IMG/VR virus record: IMGVR_UViG_3300015608_002132 | Span: 32,001-96,000 of that record | DNA length: 64,000 nt | Origin: a virus | Lineage: Duplodnaviria; Caudoviricetes | Reading direction: 5' to 3' (one strand) | Shown: one piece after another, positions 36,262-46,485 of the stretch | How positions within the stretch are numbered: position 1 is the first letter of the stretch | Layout of the letters: each line of letters begins with the position of its first letter | The notes under the pieces: model-generated | Databases searched by the model: none | What the model saw: only the letters and a program-made list of their open reading frames with translations | What the model was told of the DNA's origin: nothing | Made by a program: the position numbers and the translations under genes

Positions 36262-38328
36262 ATGTCCACACCCATTTACCAGGAAGCTCTGATTGAGGCC
36301 AAGAAGCTGCGTGAAGCAGCAACAGCAGAAGCAAAGAACGCTGTCCTTGAGGCTGTGTCTCCAATCATCAAGCAAATGATCGACAGGGAGATTGCTAGCG
36401 TTGATGTGATCCTGGAGCAGCAAGAGCCCACAGCTGATGGTGTTGATATGTCAGCACCCCCGACAGCGCCAGCGACTCCAAGCCCCGATGCGGGAACTGT
36501 TCCTCCGATCCAACCGGCACCAGCACCCGGAGCAGAGGTTGCGCCATCACAACAACCAGCCGCTCCTGCCGTTGCTGCCGCTTCACCGCCCATTGTTCCT
36601 GCCGGTGGCCAAGTGCTCGGGAAGATCGAGACGAGCCCAACAGGCGAACAGGAGTTGGTGGTCCCGATCGCATCACTGTTTCAGCCAGCATCGCCTGCGG
36701 TTGACACGGCGATTGCTGGGGATCCACTCCAGGCCCAGGGCGAGCCACCCGTTCCACCATCGGACGTTGCACCGCCTTCGGCCGCTCCTGGCACGCCCGA
36801 CCTCACGCCTCCTCCTCCGGCCGAAGAGGAGCCAGCGCCTGCGCAACCGGCAGGTCTTGCTGAGGTTTACAGGCTTGTGAGCAAGTTGCTAGCCGAGCAG
36901 ACTATTGTGCCCGGTTCAACGGACAGTGCAAACGTACCCGGTCCTGGTGAAGTGACCAAGTCCGTAGCGTCAATGGTGTCACCAGCCACCGTGGCCGAGT
37001 CTTACGGTGCGTTCAAGGCAGAGCTTGAACTGTGTGAGAACGCCGTCAGGTCGGCACGTGACAACCGGAAAGTCGATGCGCTACCAGCAAAAGACAAGGT
37101 GGTCGCGCTGTATGAAAACCTGCTCGATCTCAAGGCGAACAAAGGTATCACCGACAGGCTCTTTACGCTCAACGAAAGCCGTTTGGAGCTGTTGCATGAA
37201 AATCTGGCCGCAGTGTATAGTTATCTCGGAAATTCAGCAGAAACAAGGGTTAAGGATATTCAAGTCATGAAGAAGCAGCGCAAGGATTCACTCAAGGAGT
37301 TTGCTCTCGCACTTTTCGAGGGTGCAGAGGGTTTCGAGAAGCAGGTTGGTAAAGTCGAACCTGCCGGTGATTCTAAGGGCATTAAAGATGAGCATGCCAA
37401 GAGCACGTCTGGTAATCCGAAGGGCGTAAAGGCAGAAGCCGAGAAGGCTCCTTTTGCAACCAAGAAGGAAGAGGGCGATCAGGGCAAGGCGCTTCTTGAG
37501 CAGCTTGAGGAAGAGATCAACGAGCTCATGTCTCAGGTGTCGGCTGATGAAGGTGACGACCTTGTGCTCGAACTCAGTGGTTCTGAAGATGAGTCATCTG
37601 AGTCGGACGAGAGCGAGGATGTCCTGGTTGATGACACGGACTCCGAAGACGTTGGTGCTTCCGATGGGGTTGGTGAGATTGATGACAATCTCACGCTCAC
37701 CATCGATCTTGAGGGCGTGTCCGGTGACAGCGTCGAAAATGTCAATGTGTCAATCGATGGCACGGACATGAGCGCTGGCGCGGCACCCGAAGAGGAGATG
37801 CCTGTTGATGACATGGTCGGCGCAGGCGGTGGCGAGGACGATGCTGATGCGGCTCTCCAAGAGGTACGCAAGCTCGTTCGTGAGCAGCTTGAGCAGCTTG
37901 GCTTCAAGCCCAAGGCAGCTGTCGCCAACAAGCCACAAGCCAAAGCCACTCCAAAGGCACCAGCGCAGACAAAGCCTGCCGTGGTGGCCGAGAGCGTGCT
38001 TGTCAAGGAGAACCAGAACCTCGCGAAGCAGCTTGATGAAACACGGCTGCTCACAGCAAGGTCTCTGTACCTTAACAAGATCTTTGTATCCGAAGCGAAA
38101 TTGTCAGAGGTCCAAAAGCGGAAAGTCGTTGAGTACCTGGACACAGCTAAGACTGTTTCTGAAGCCAAGGAGATCTTCAACCGAATCGTGCGTGTTCTGA
38201 ACAACGCACAAAAGAAGGGTGTTGTCTCCGAATCAGCCAATCAGCCCGTAGTGATTGCGGAATCGGCTGAGCCGAGTTTTGACACCTCAAGATGGTCGAA
38301 GCTCGCTGGTATCAAGAAATCTGGCTGA
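36262..38328 (+). CDS. prohead scaffold/core protein
   Basis: EALIEAKKLREAA N-terminus, P/A-rich and acidic tracts, RWSKLAGI end, directly before the MCP; many (L/I/V)xE sites. Confidence 0.85.
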   Translation: MSTPIYQEALIEAKKLREAATAEAKNAVLEAVSPIIKQMIDREIASVDVILEQQEPTADGVDMSAPPTAPATPSPDAGTVPPIQPAPAPGAEVAPSQQPAAPAVAAASPPIVPAGGQVLGKIETSPTGEQELVVPIASLFQPASPAVDTAIAGDPLQAQGEPPVPPSDVAPPSAAPGTPDLTPPPPAEEEPAPAQPAGLAEVYRLVSKLLAEQTIVPGSTDSANVPGPGEVTKSVASMVSPATVAESYGAFKAELELCENAVRSARDNRKVDALPAKDKVVALYENLLDLKANKGITDRLFTLNESRLELLHENLAAVYSYLGNSAETRVKDIQVMKKQRKDSLKEFALALFEGAEGFEKQVGKVEPAGDSKGIKDEHAKSTSGNPKGVKAEAEKAPFATKKEEGDQGKALLEQLEEEINELMSQVSADEGDDLVLELSGSEDESSESDESEDVLVDDTDSEDVGASDGVGEIDDNLTLTIDLEGVSGDSVENVNVSIDGTDMSAGAAPEEEMPVDDMVGAGGGEDDADAALQEVRKLVREQLEQLGFKPKAAVANKPQAKATPKAPAQTKPAVVAESVLVKENQNLAKQLDETRLLTARSLYLNKIFVSEAKLSEVQKRKVVEYLDTAKTVSEAKEIFNRIVRVLNNAQKKGVVSESANQPVVIAESAEPSFDTSRWSKLAGIKKSG

Positions 38329-38336
38329 TGCGAGAA

Positions 38337-38342
38337 TAGTTA
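38337..38342 (+). promoter_or_regulatory. TAGTTA late-promoter box before the MCP
   Basis: Same hexamer precedes about 20 starts. Confidence 0.65.
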
Positions 38343-38400
38343 ACGATCAATCAAGTCTGAAGAAACAACAAACATACAGGAATTCAGGAGACAAACGACA

Positions 38401-40374
38401 ATGTCCAGGACTCTAACACTCTCACAGCTCGCGGAAGGTATTCAGCGTACAACCGCTACCGCAGGCAACGACCGGCTCGTCAACAAGTGGACGAAGACCC
38501 AGCTGCTTGATGGGCTCTCTCCCCTTGGGAAAGAGAAGATGGCTCGCCTTCTCGAAAACCAGGCCGTGGAAGTTCTCCGCGGTGGTACTTCGATGCTTAA
38601 CGAGTCTCTCTCACTGTCGACAGGCGGTGCAGGGCTTGCATCTTCGGGTCAGGTTGCCGGGTTTACGAACGTCGCGTTTCCAATCGTGCGTCGGGTCTTT
38701 GCGGGCCTGATCGCGAACGAGATCGTCAGCGTTCAACCAATGAGCCTCCCATCGGGACTCTTGTTCTATCTCGATTACACGTACGGCTCGTACGTGGGTG
38801 GTGATGCGGGCACCGCTGCGAACAAGTTCGCGACCGGCACAGACCCCGGCGCAGCGACCTACGGCCGTTCACAGTCTGTGTACACGAACCCACCAGGTTC
38901 GGCAATCCGTACATCGGGTTCTCTGATGGCCGGTGGTCAGTACAACCTGATCGGGTCTGGTTACTCGAAGGTGCACGTGCAGGGCCAGCTCGCTGCTGAG
39001 GCAGTGGTTGTTGGTGCTTGGACCGACGGTACAACTTGGCTTACTGGTTCTAGCGTCTCTGCCTCGGCAGGGTTCTCTGGCTATAACGCACGGTTCGTCG
39101 ATTACAACCCAACACTCTCGACTGACGTTGAGACTGGCGTGATTGACTACTGCTTCCTCGTTGTGTCCGCTTCGGCACTGTCGACAGCGATCAACGGCGC
39201 AGACCTCAACTCACTTGACCAGATCGCGGTGACCGGCCTCGGCGTGTCCGGGTCGATCTTCACGTCGGTTCCTGCGACCTACCAGCAGGGCGAGGCAGTG
39301 CTGAACTTCCGTCAGTTCACCAAGCGTGGCAACTGGCTGGACTCCGGCACAAGCTCGACCTTCACGGTCAAGCCCTTTGACGGCACTCACCTGATGTTTG
39401 CGATGGCGCTCCCGAACGGCTCGTCCGGTCCAAGCACCGCGCAGCTTCCAGGCACCGGTATCGGCGCCGCTGTGTCAAGAGTGACCGCGTCTACCGTGAT
39501 CGCAGACCAGCTCTCCGTGAACGCTGATGGTAGCGTTCTTACGATTCCATCGTTCGAGTCGAACTCCGACGTTGATTCGTCTCCGCGGATCCCAGACGTT
39601 GACATCAAGATCGACAGCGTTGCCGTGACAGCAACAACCCGCAAGCTGCGCGCCCGGTGGTCACCTGAGATGGCTCAGGACCTTACGGCGTACTACTCGA
39701 TGGACGTTGAGGCTGAGCTCACAAACATCCTGTCTGAGATGATCACGCTCGATATCGACCGTGAGATCCTCAACGACCTGCTTACCCAGGCAGGCGCTGC
39801 GAACTACTTCTGGAGCCGTGCTCCAGGTAGGTTCGTGAACAAGCTCACCGGTACCGAAGTGGCACGGACAAGCACCGCTTATCCTGGCCCCAACTTCACC
39901 GGGACTGTTCGGGAGTGGTACGAGACGCTCATTGAGACGATCACTGATGCGGCAAACATCATCCACAAGAAGACCCTTCGTGGGTCCGGTAACTTCATCG
40001 TCTGCTCGCCAGAGGTGGGGACCATCCTTGAGGCCACTGTTGCGTACCGCGCAAATTACAAGGTTGACTCGGATGGTCAAGTCCGGGATAACATGAGCAT
40101 CGGCGCTGAGGCTGTTGGCACTGTCAACGGTCGCTACTCGGTGTTCGTCGATCCCTACTTCCCTGGGAACAAGATCCTGATCGGGCTCAAGGGCTCGACC
40201 TTCCTTGAGAGCGGGTACATCTACGCGCCATACGTGCCGCTGATCCTCACTCCCGTCATCTACGGCCAGGAGGATTTCACTCCACGCAAGGGTATCATGA
40301 CCCGGTACGGCAAGAAGCTCGTGAGAGCTGACTTCTATGCCACGATCACAGTGCTCGACATGTCAATTATATAA
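38401..40374 (+). CDS. major capsid protein (T4 gp23-like)
   Basis: LLENQ, FPIVRRVF, VQPMSLPSGLLFYLD, TRKLRARWSPEMAQDL, YAPYVPL, TPRKGIMTRYG. Confidence 0.97.
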   Translation: MSRTLTLSQLAEGIQRTTATAGNDRLVNKWTKTQLLDGLSPLGKEKMARLLENQAVEVLRGGTSMLNESLSLSTGGAGLASSGQVAGFTNVAFPIVRRVFAGLIANEIVSVQPMSLPSGLLFYLDYTYGSYVGGDAGTAANKFATGTDPGAATYGRSQSVYTNPPGSAIRTSGSLMAGGQYNLIGSGYSKVHVQGQLAAEAVVVGAWTDGTTWLTGSSVSASAGFSGYNARFVDYNPTLSTDVETGVIDYCFLVVSASALSTAINGADLNSLDQIAVTGLGVSGSIFTSVPATYQQGEAVLNFRQFTKRGNWLDSGTSSTFTVKPFDGTHLMFAMALPNGSSGPSTAQLPGTGIGAAVSRVTASTVIADQLSVNADGSVLTIPSFESNSDVDSSPRIPDVDIKIDSVAVTATTRKLRARWSPEMAQDLTAYYSMDVEAELTNILSEMITLDIDREILNDLLTQAGAANYFWSRAPGRFVNKLTGTEVARTSTAYPGPNFTGTVREWYETLIETITDAANIIHKKTLRGSGNFIVCSPEVGTILEATVAYRANYKVDSDGQVRDNMSIGAEAVGTVNGRYSVFVDPYFPGNKILIGLKGSTFLESGYIYAPYVPLILTPVIYGQEDFTPRKGIMTRYGKKLVRADFYATITVLDMSII

Positions 40375-40419
40375 ATGACTAACTTCCACTAAAAAGGAAG
40401 TAATCATTTAACCAACAAC

Positions 40420-40450
40420 AAAAGGAGGAACAGTGACTGTTCCTCCTTTT
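40420..40450 (+). terminator. intrinsic terminator after the MCP
   Basis: Perfect 14-bp inverted repeat aaaaggaggaacag-tga-ctgttcctcctttt followed by T-rich sequence. Confidence 0.88.
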
Positions 40451-40551
40451 GCTTTTGATGTGAAGCGCACCAAATAACCCGATCGGAACATTGGACAAAT
40501 TTGTCTGTTGCATGAGATACTTTATGGTGGCCATCGTGACGCCGCTTAAAA

Positions 40552-41505
40552 ATGAAAGGTATGTCAGCAATGGAAATGAATGTGCCGGGTCCGGGTGTTG
40601 GCAATTGCGGCGGTGTTTACCGCATATTGAATAAGCTAAACGGTCGCATTTACATTGGATCTACCAGCAGGTTCAAGGAGCGCGTAAGGCAACACACAAA
40701 CGATCTCAAAGCCAACAGACATCAGAATGCGTTTATGCAGAACGACTTCAACAAGTGTGGCGAAGACTCTTTTGTGTTTGAGGTTGTCGAAGTTGTTGCT
40801 AGTGGTATTAAAGAAGATCGTTTGCTCTGCGAACAACAGTTGATTGATCAGTTCTACGACGGTCAGAAGAACTGCTACAATATCGCTCCCTGCGCCAACG
40901 ACACTAGAGGCCCACGCAACCACAAGCTCATCAACCCTGAAACAGATCGCCGTTGCAGACCAAAATCAGAAGCACACAAACAAGCTATTGGCGAAGGTAG
41001 CAAAGCGGCCTGGGAAGACCCGACGTATCGTGCAACCGTTGTTGAAAAGATCAAGAGGTCATGGTCAGAGCGGTTGGAAGTTGTCGAGCGAGGCCCAGTC
41101 ACTGTGACCAACATAAAGACCGGCGAGAGCGTAACCATCGAAGGCAGTTTTAGGGGCTTCTGCACCGAGAGAAACTTGTCATATAAGGCGTTTCATCAGA
41201 TGATCGGTGGAAAGATCAAAACGTCCGGTGGTTGGTATGTCGGTACTGCCGACAACAGGCCGGAGTACGTCAGCCAAGTGGGCCAGAAGCGCAAGCCGTT
41301 GTCTGCTGAGCATCGAAACAAGATAGCCGGTGGCAAGTTTCGTGGTGTTGAGCTGCTGCACGAGCCAACGGGTGAAGTTTGCAAGCTCGGGGACAACGTA
41401 AAGGCGCGGGCGTTGTCAAAGGGGCTGCACTATACCACAGTGATCAAGGTTCTTGGTGGCAAGTGTAAGTCATGTGGTGGATGGGTCAGACGAGCCGTTG
41501 GTTGA
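40552..41505 (+). CDS. GIY-YIG homing endonuclease
   Basis: GVYRILN...IYIGST, QNDFNKC, EQQLID, YN. Confidence 0.92.
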   Translation: MKGMSAMEMNVPGPGVGNCGGVYRILNKLNGRIYIGSTSRFKERVRQHTNDLKANRHQNAFMQNDFNKCGEDSFVFEVVEVVASGIKEDRLLCEQQLIDQFYDGQKNCYNIAPCANDTRGPRNHKLINPETDRRCRPKSEAHKQAIGEGSKAAWEDPTYRATVVEKIKRSWSERLEVVERGPVTVTNIKTGESVTIEGSFRGFCTERNLSYKAFHQMIGGKIKTSGGWYVGTADNRPEYVSQVGQKRKPLSAEHRNKIAGGKFRGVELLHEPTGEVCKLGDNVKARALSKGLHYTTVIKVLGGKCKSCGGWVRRAVG

Positions 41506-41545
41506 CAATAAAAGCAGTGGCCATGTAAGCTGTTCACAACCAGTC

Positions 41546-43252
41546 ATGGTATCACCTACCAACCACAACATAAAAAAGTCAATCGTGTCAATCGACCCAA
41601 AAGTCACCGACAAAGCAGCGGTTGTCGTGACAGGAACGTGGCCGTCAAAGCAGACGGCAATCGAGGCAGGATATGTCGGTGTCAAGAGGTCGATCACAGA
41701 CCTTCAAGAACGGTCCAGATTGACTTATACGGGCGGCAAACTGTTTGTTGAGACAGAGTGGCTTGCGAACAATTCGGATCGACTGCTCGGCATTCTGGGA
41801 GCTTCTGTGCCGTGTCTTGTGTGTGGTTTGAGGTTCGACAACGACAAGCGCAAGCTCGCAGCACATATCCAGGTAAGTCATGCGATGACAAGCCAGGACT
41901 ACACGGTCAGGTATGTACTTGGCGGCGTAAAGCCAGTGTGTGCGTTCGATGGATGTGACAATACTCCCAGGTACGCATCATTTGAGTTCAATCAGTATTG
42001 CAAAGAGCATGCAACCGTTGCAATGGCGAATGGCGGTTCTGTTGGAGGAAAAGCCGCCTCGTGGAACAAGGGCAAGACCAAAGCCACCGACGACAGGATT
42101 ATGCGGCATGCCATGTCGGTGACGGGCATAGGTAACCCATTCTATGGAAAGAAACACACGCCAAAGGTCGTAGAACAGCTCTCAGCCAAGAGAAGGCTAA
42201 CCGAACAAGAGGTTAGATTTAGGTTGTCTGCTCGCGGTAATGACTTTACCTACCCAGGCTTTTCATATGAGGAGTACGCGTCTAGACAGTTCGACAAGGT
42301 CCTTGTTGAATGCGTTGTGTGTCATAACCAAGAGTTTAAGACTCTACAAGTGATCGAGAGAGGGTCGCTGTGTAAGGTATGTCATCCGTTCTTTGTATCA
42401 CAAGATGAGATAAAGATTGGTGACTACATTCAGAACGAGCTAATGCTAACAGTGGTAAGGAATGACAGGTCTGTCATCTCTCCACTGGAACTAGACGTAT
42501 ATGTTCCAGACAAGGCGTTTGCTGTTGAGTTTAACGGCTTATACTGGCATTCACAAACCCAAACTGACAAGAACACACACAAGACCAAGACTGACAGGTG
42601 CAAGGCCAAAGGCATATCGCTGTTTCATGTGTTCTCTGACGAGTGGGACAAGAACCAGTCGTTGATTAAATCGATGATTGCCGCCAAACTCGGCTTGACA
42701 CCAAACCGGATTGGCGCCAGAGAGCTTGATGTTTCTGATGTTGCTTTTCCTGTCAAGCTGCGAGAGTTTTTTGATGCGTCTCACATATCCGGCTATGTCA
42801 AGTCGACTCATGGGTTCGCTTTGACAGACCCAAACAACAACAATGATGTGGTGTGCGCCTTGATGTTGCGCAAGCCCATCATTGGAAAGAAGTACAATGG
42901 GCTCGTTGAGATCTCAAGGTTTGCCACCAAGCCTTTCACTCACGTATCCGGTGGGTTCGGAAAGCTGCTCAAGGCGGCAGAGCAGTGGTGCAAGCAGCAA
43001 GGGTTTGATGGGCTCTTGTCCTACTGCGACCTGAGGTTCGGTGGCGAAGGTTCCTTGTATGAGAAGACAGGGTTCGACAGGGAACGTGATACTGGCTTGA
43101 ACTACTGGTACACGGACGGACGTGTCAGGTACGACCGCTTTAAGTTCCGTGCCAGAGATGGAAAGTCTGAGAACGAAGTTGCCACGGAAGCCGGTGTGCG
43201 CCGCGTATACGGGTGCGGCAATGCAGTGTATATCAAGAGGCTCGCCGTCTAG
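41546..43252 (+). CDS. Hef-like homing endonuclease: Zn finger + NUMOD3 + Vsr/PD-(D/E)XK + GNAT-like C-terminal domain
   Basis: CLVC..HIQVSH, GNPFYGKKHT, ELDVYVP..AVEFNGLYWHS, EISRFA..GGFGKLLK..SYCDLR..LYEKTGF; TTGACA-N18-TAAGCT upstream. Confidence 0.82.
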   Translation: MVSPTNHNIKKSIVSIDPKVTDKAAVVVTGTWPSKQTAIEAGYVGVKRSITDLQERSRLTYTGGKLFVETEWLANNSDRLLGILGASVPCLVCGLRFDNDKRKLAAHIQVSHAMTSQDYTVRYVLGGVKPVCAFDGCDNTPRYASFEFNQYCKEHATVAMANGGSVGGKAASWNKGKTKATDDRIMRHAMSVTGIGNPFYGKKHTPKVVEQLSAKRRLTEQEVRFRLSARGNDFTYPGFSYEEYASRQFDKVLVECVVCHNQEFKTLQVIERGSLCKVCHPFFVSQDEIKIGDYIQNELMLTVVRNDRSVISPLELDVYVPDKAFAVEFNGLYWHSQTQTDKNTHKTKTDRCKAKGISLFHVFSDEWDKNQSLIKSMIAAKLGLTPNRIGARELDVSDVAFPVKLREFFDASHISGYVKSTHGFALTDPNNNNDVVCALMLRKPIIGKKYNGLVEISRFATKPFTHVSGGFGKLLKAAEQWCKQQGFDGLLSYCDLRFGGEGSLYEKTGFDRERDTGLNYWYTDGRVRYDRFKFRARDGKSENEVATEAGVRRVYGCGNAVYIKRLAV

Positions 43253-43270
43253 CCTAGCAGCCCGTTTTAA

Positions 43271-43320
43271 GCCCGCAAATAAACCGGACGCACGATCCTA
43301 CGTCCAAACCATTTACGGGC
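43271..43320. terminator. imperfect hairpin between convergent genes
   Basis: gcccgcaaat...ggacg / cgtcc...atttacgggc. Confidence 0.45.
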
Positions 43321-43331
43321 ACAGGACGGCC

Positions 43332-43811
43332 TTATAGGAGCTCTATGAGCCTGTCCACGAACGCGCCTTGTGACGGGTTCAGCTTTTGCTTGGCAACGTC
43401 CGGGCTGCACCAAGCGATCCGATCAATTTCAGGGTATTGACGCACGATCCCTGAATTCGGCGGGTACTCAAGCTCGAACATGTTGCTTCTGAACACGTCC
43501 GTATCGATGTCACCCTCAGCAGCCCAGGCATGAATGGTCTTGCCAGACTTCAACACTACGGTCCCAAGCGGCAGCATGACGGAACAGTCGCCGGTATATC
43601 CGGTCTCTTCCCTAAGCTCCCTCACCGCAGCGTCAGCAGGCGCTTCGCCGTCGTTCAGTCCACCCTTCGGAATGGACCAGTGCCCGTTATCCTTGTTCGG
43701 CCCGTAGAATGGGCCTCCTGGATGAGCGACCAGGACTTCCACCTCACCATTGCACGTGCGACGGTACAGGAGAACCCCAGCAGACGTCTTGCCTTTGTTT
43801 CTGGATCCCAT
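43332..43811 (-). CDS. NUDIX hydrolase
   Basis: AHPGGP, WSIPKGG..GE...AAVRELREETG, PEIDR. Confidence 0.95.
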   Translation of the reverse strand: MGSRNKGKTSAGVLLYRRTCNGEVEVLVAHPGGPFYGPNKDNGHWSIPKGGLNDGEAPADAAVRELREETGYTGDCSVMLPLGTVVLKSGKTIHAWAAEGDIDTDVFRSNMFELEYPPNSGIVRQYPEIDRIAWCSPDVAKQKLNPSQGAFVDRLIELL

Positions 43812-43833
43812 AAAACCCTAGTTACCACGTAAC

Positions 43834-46197
43834 ATGCGGATAGTCAAGGAACTAGCTCACCGGCCGTTCAACCATCGGCAACAAAGGGCACTGCTGACGG
43901 TTTTGCTGGAGGGTGGTCTGGCTGGTCACCTCCAGCACCTGTACGAGAACACGTCCCTTACCTTTGGCGAGCTCAAGGCCGTCTTGTCCGACGCCGCGGC
44001 TGGGCGTTTGGAGCACGTGTCTGAGAAGCTCGACGGCCAGAACATCTTCTTTGGGTTTGACCCGACTGCAAAGGTCACCAAGTTCGCCAGAAACAAGGGA
44101 GATATCAAGCGTGGTGGAATGGCAAGGGATGAAGTGTCAAGAAAGTGGCTTGACAAACCGGCCGTTCAGAACGCGTTTCTTGGTGCTTATGACGTTATCC
44201 ATCACGCAATCTCTTCACTGACCAATGAGCAACAGTCCGTTGTCTTTGGAGAGCAAGGAGATGTTTGGTATTCTGCCGAGATCATATCAACCGACAATCC
44301 GAACGTCATCAACTACGACCAGAACGTCATCAGCCCTCACGCGTTTGGAGCTCATCGGTTTGATGCGGTGACTGGTAGCTCAGACGAGTCTTTTGACAGT
44401 GAGGCCGCGCTAGACAAACTAAAGCAAGTCGTCAACCAACTACAAACCAAGGCGTCGGAGAAGGGCTGGAAGTTTATCGCACCACAGATCTATCCGCTGG
44501 TTCGCATGAACAAGCAGCTTCCGCTAAAGACTGCGCTTGGATCTATCGATGCCATCCTGGCGGAGTCCGGCTTAACTGATAGCAGCACCATCGGAGATTT
44601 CATCAAGGTCAAGCTCACGTCGTTCATGGACCGCTATGGCATTCCAAGCGGCGTAGCGGACTTGCTTGGTAAACGAATGCTGGATGCACCGGACAAGCCA
44701 GCACGGATCAGCTCTCTTCGTGCCTTGCTGCCAACAGAAGCTGACTATGTGAAGGTGGTGGCCCTTGATCGCAACAAGGCAAAGATCTTCAAATCGATTG
44801 TCAAGCCGATTGAGCTCCTTATCTCCGAGTTTGCCACCGAGCTCTTGGCCGAAGCACAGAGTCTTATTGCTGTTAACCCCGGCAAAGCAATCCAGTCCAT
44901 GCGACGTGAGGTTCAAGCGGCGATCGACAAGATCAAGACGAACCCAAGCAGCTTGGAGTTTTTGGAGTCTCAGCTGGAAAAGCTCAGAGGCGTTGACAAG
45001 ATCACTTCCTCAATGGAAGGCATTGTGTTTCGGTTCAAGGGCCAAAGCTACAAGTTCACTGGCCAGTTTGCTCCGGTTAACCAGCTCATTGGGGCTTTGA
45101 GGTACGGTGGACGTGGGTTTGATGACGAGGAAGGATTTGTTCTAGGGGGCGGCAATGTACCGGAAGGCGATAGCAAGGTTGCTATCTTCCCTGGTGCATT
45201 TAAGCCGTACCACCGCGGACATGACCGGGTCATACGCTTAGCCGCCGCACAAGTTGAGAAGCTATACCTGTTGATCTCCACCGGTGACCGTATAAAGCCT
45301 GGGGAGGTGCCGCTGCTTGGTTCAACCATGCAAGAGGTCTGGCAGAGGTATATCCTCCAGACGCTGCCGAGCAACGTTGAGGCTTCGTTCGTAGAGAACC
45401 CGGTCACTGCTGCGTTTGTGAGGCTGCACGAGATCGATGCGTCTGGTCAGAACGTCAACGTGTACATGATTGCCGGTGAAGAAGACGTTGGCAGGTTCAG
45501 CCAAGCTGGGCTGTCACAAGAAGCCCCGAGACTAACGGCGCAAGGAATGGTTACGGTTGCAACCGTGCCGCGGTTTGGAAACGTTTCTGGCACTGACATG
45601 AGATCGTTTATTGCAATAAACGACAAGGAACAGTTTCGAGGCGGCTTACCAAAAGAGCTTAACGCCGTGTCAGACCAAATCTTTGATATAATTTACAACA
45701 GCGGCATGAATGCAATTGCGTCTTCCACGCCTCAAAAGCCAAAGAAGATTAACAAGAAGCAAGAACAACTAAGTGAGACGGCGATGAAAACGAAAGAAAC
45801 AACAGACAAATTCGCTATGTCGACCACCGGTCGCGACCTTTTGAGACAACTCATCAAAGAGGCCGTGGTTGATGCAATGATGGAGATGTTAAGCCCGGAG
45901 GAGGTGGAATGGCACCAGTCGATGAATGGGGATGCTGACAAGCCTAAGGCTGCTAGAAGTGGATCCGCTGGTGTTGGCGCCAAACCACAGCAACCTCCAA
46001 TGGGCTTGCCACTGGCAAAACAACTGGTTCAGCTAGCCGTTCAACGCCTCAGTAGACACCCTGCGCTTGGCAGACATGTCGGCATCCTGGCCAACCAGTT
46101 TAACGATGCCATCAAGTTGCCGCAGACCGAAGAGAACACAAAGAGAGCGCTGGCACTGGCTTCGCAAATAATATCACTCTCAAGATCTGTCTGCTGA
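43834..46197 (+). CDS. ATP-dependent ligase-fold domain fused to a HIGH-type cytidylyltransferase-like domain
   Basis: EKLDG, MEGIVF, YKFTG; FPGAFKPYHRGH, VSGTDMR; C-terminal LLRQLIKEAV. Confidence 0.8.
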   Translation: MRIVKELAHRPFNHRQQRALLTVLLEGGLAGHLQHLYENTSLTFGELKAVLSDAAAGRLEHVSEKLDGQNIFFGFDPTAKVTKFARNKGDIKRGGMARDEVSRKWLDKPAVQNAFLGAYDVIHHAISSLTNEQQSVVFGEQGDVWYSAEIISTDNPNVINYDQNVISPHAFGAHRFDAVTGSSDESFDSEAALDKLKQVVNQLQTKASEKGWKFIAPQIYPLVRMNKQLPLKTALGSIDAILAESGLTDSSTIGDFIKVKLTSFMDRYGIPSGVADLLGKRMLDAPDKPARISSLRALLPTEADYVKVVALDRNKAKIFKSIVKPIELLISEFATELLAEAQSLIAVNPGKAIQSMRREVQAAIDKIKTNPSSLEFLESQLEKLRGVDKITSSMEGIVFRFKGQSYKFTGQFAPVNQLIGALRYGGRGFDDEEGFVLGGGNVPEGDSKVAIFPGAFKPYHRGHDRVIRLAAAQVEKLYLLISTGDRIKPGEVPLLGSTMQEVWQRYILQTLPSNVEASFVENPVTAAFVRLHEIDASGQNVNVYMIAGEEDVGRFSQAGLSQEAPRLTAQGMVTVATVPRFGNVSGTDMRSFIAINDKEQFRGGLPKELNAVSDQIFDIIYNSGMNAIASSTPQKPKKINKKQEQLSETAMKTKETTDKFAMSTTGRDLLRQLIKEAVVDAMMEMLSPEEVEWHQSMNGDADKPKAARSGSAGVGAKPQQPPMGLPLAKQLVQLAVQRLSRHPALGRHVGILANQFNDAIKLPQTEENTKRALALASQIISLSRSVC

Positions 46198-46272
46198 AGC
46201 AGTAGTTAATGTGACTGGCGCCATGACTGTTGGCACAAAACGCAACAAACAGAGAGAGAAGAAGCCCGACAA

Positions 46273-46485
46273 ATGAAGATTACAGTAAGAGAGCTCAAGC
46301 AACTGATTCGCGAGTCTGTAGAAGAGACGATGGCAGAGCTTGAAGGGGCGCCTGAAGTTGAGGTGCAAGCTGAAGAGAAGGCCATGGAGGAGCAGCTCCA
46401 AGAGGCGGTCGTGGCTGCTTACCGGGCTGGTATGAAGCGTGGATTGGCCAGGAATAAAGCCCAGCTGATTGGATGTGACCCATGA
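46273..46485 (+). CDS. small probable internal head protein
   Basis: MKITVRELKQLIRESVEE; TAGTTA upstream. Confidence 0.75.
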   Translation: MKITVRELKQLIRESVEETMAELEGAPEVEVQAEEKAMEEQLQEAVVAAYRAGMKRGLARNKAQLIGCDP

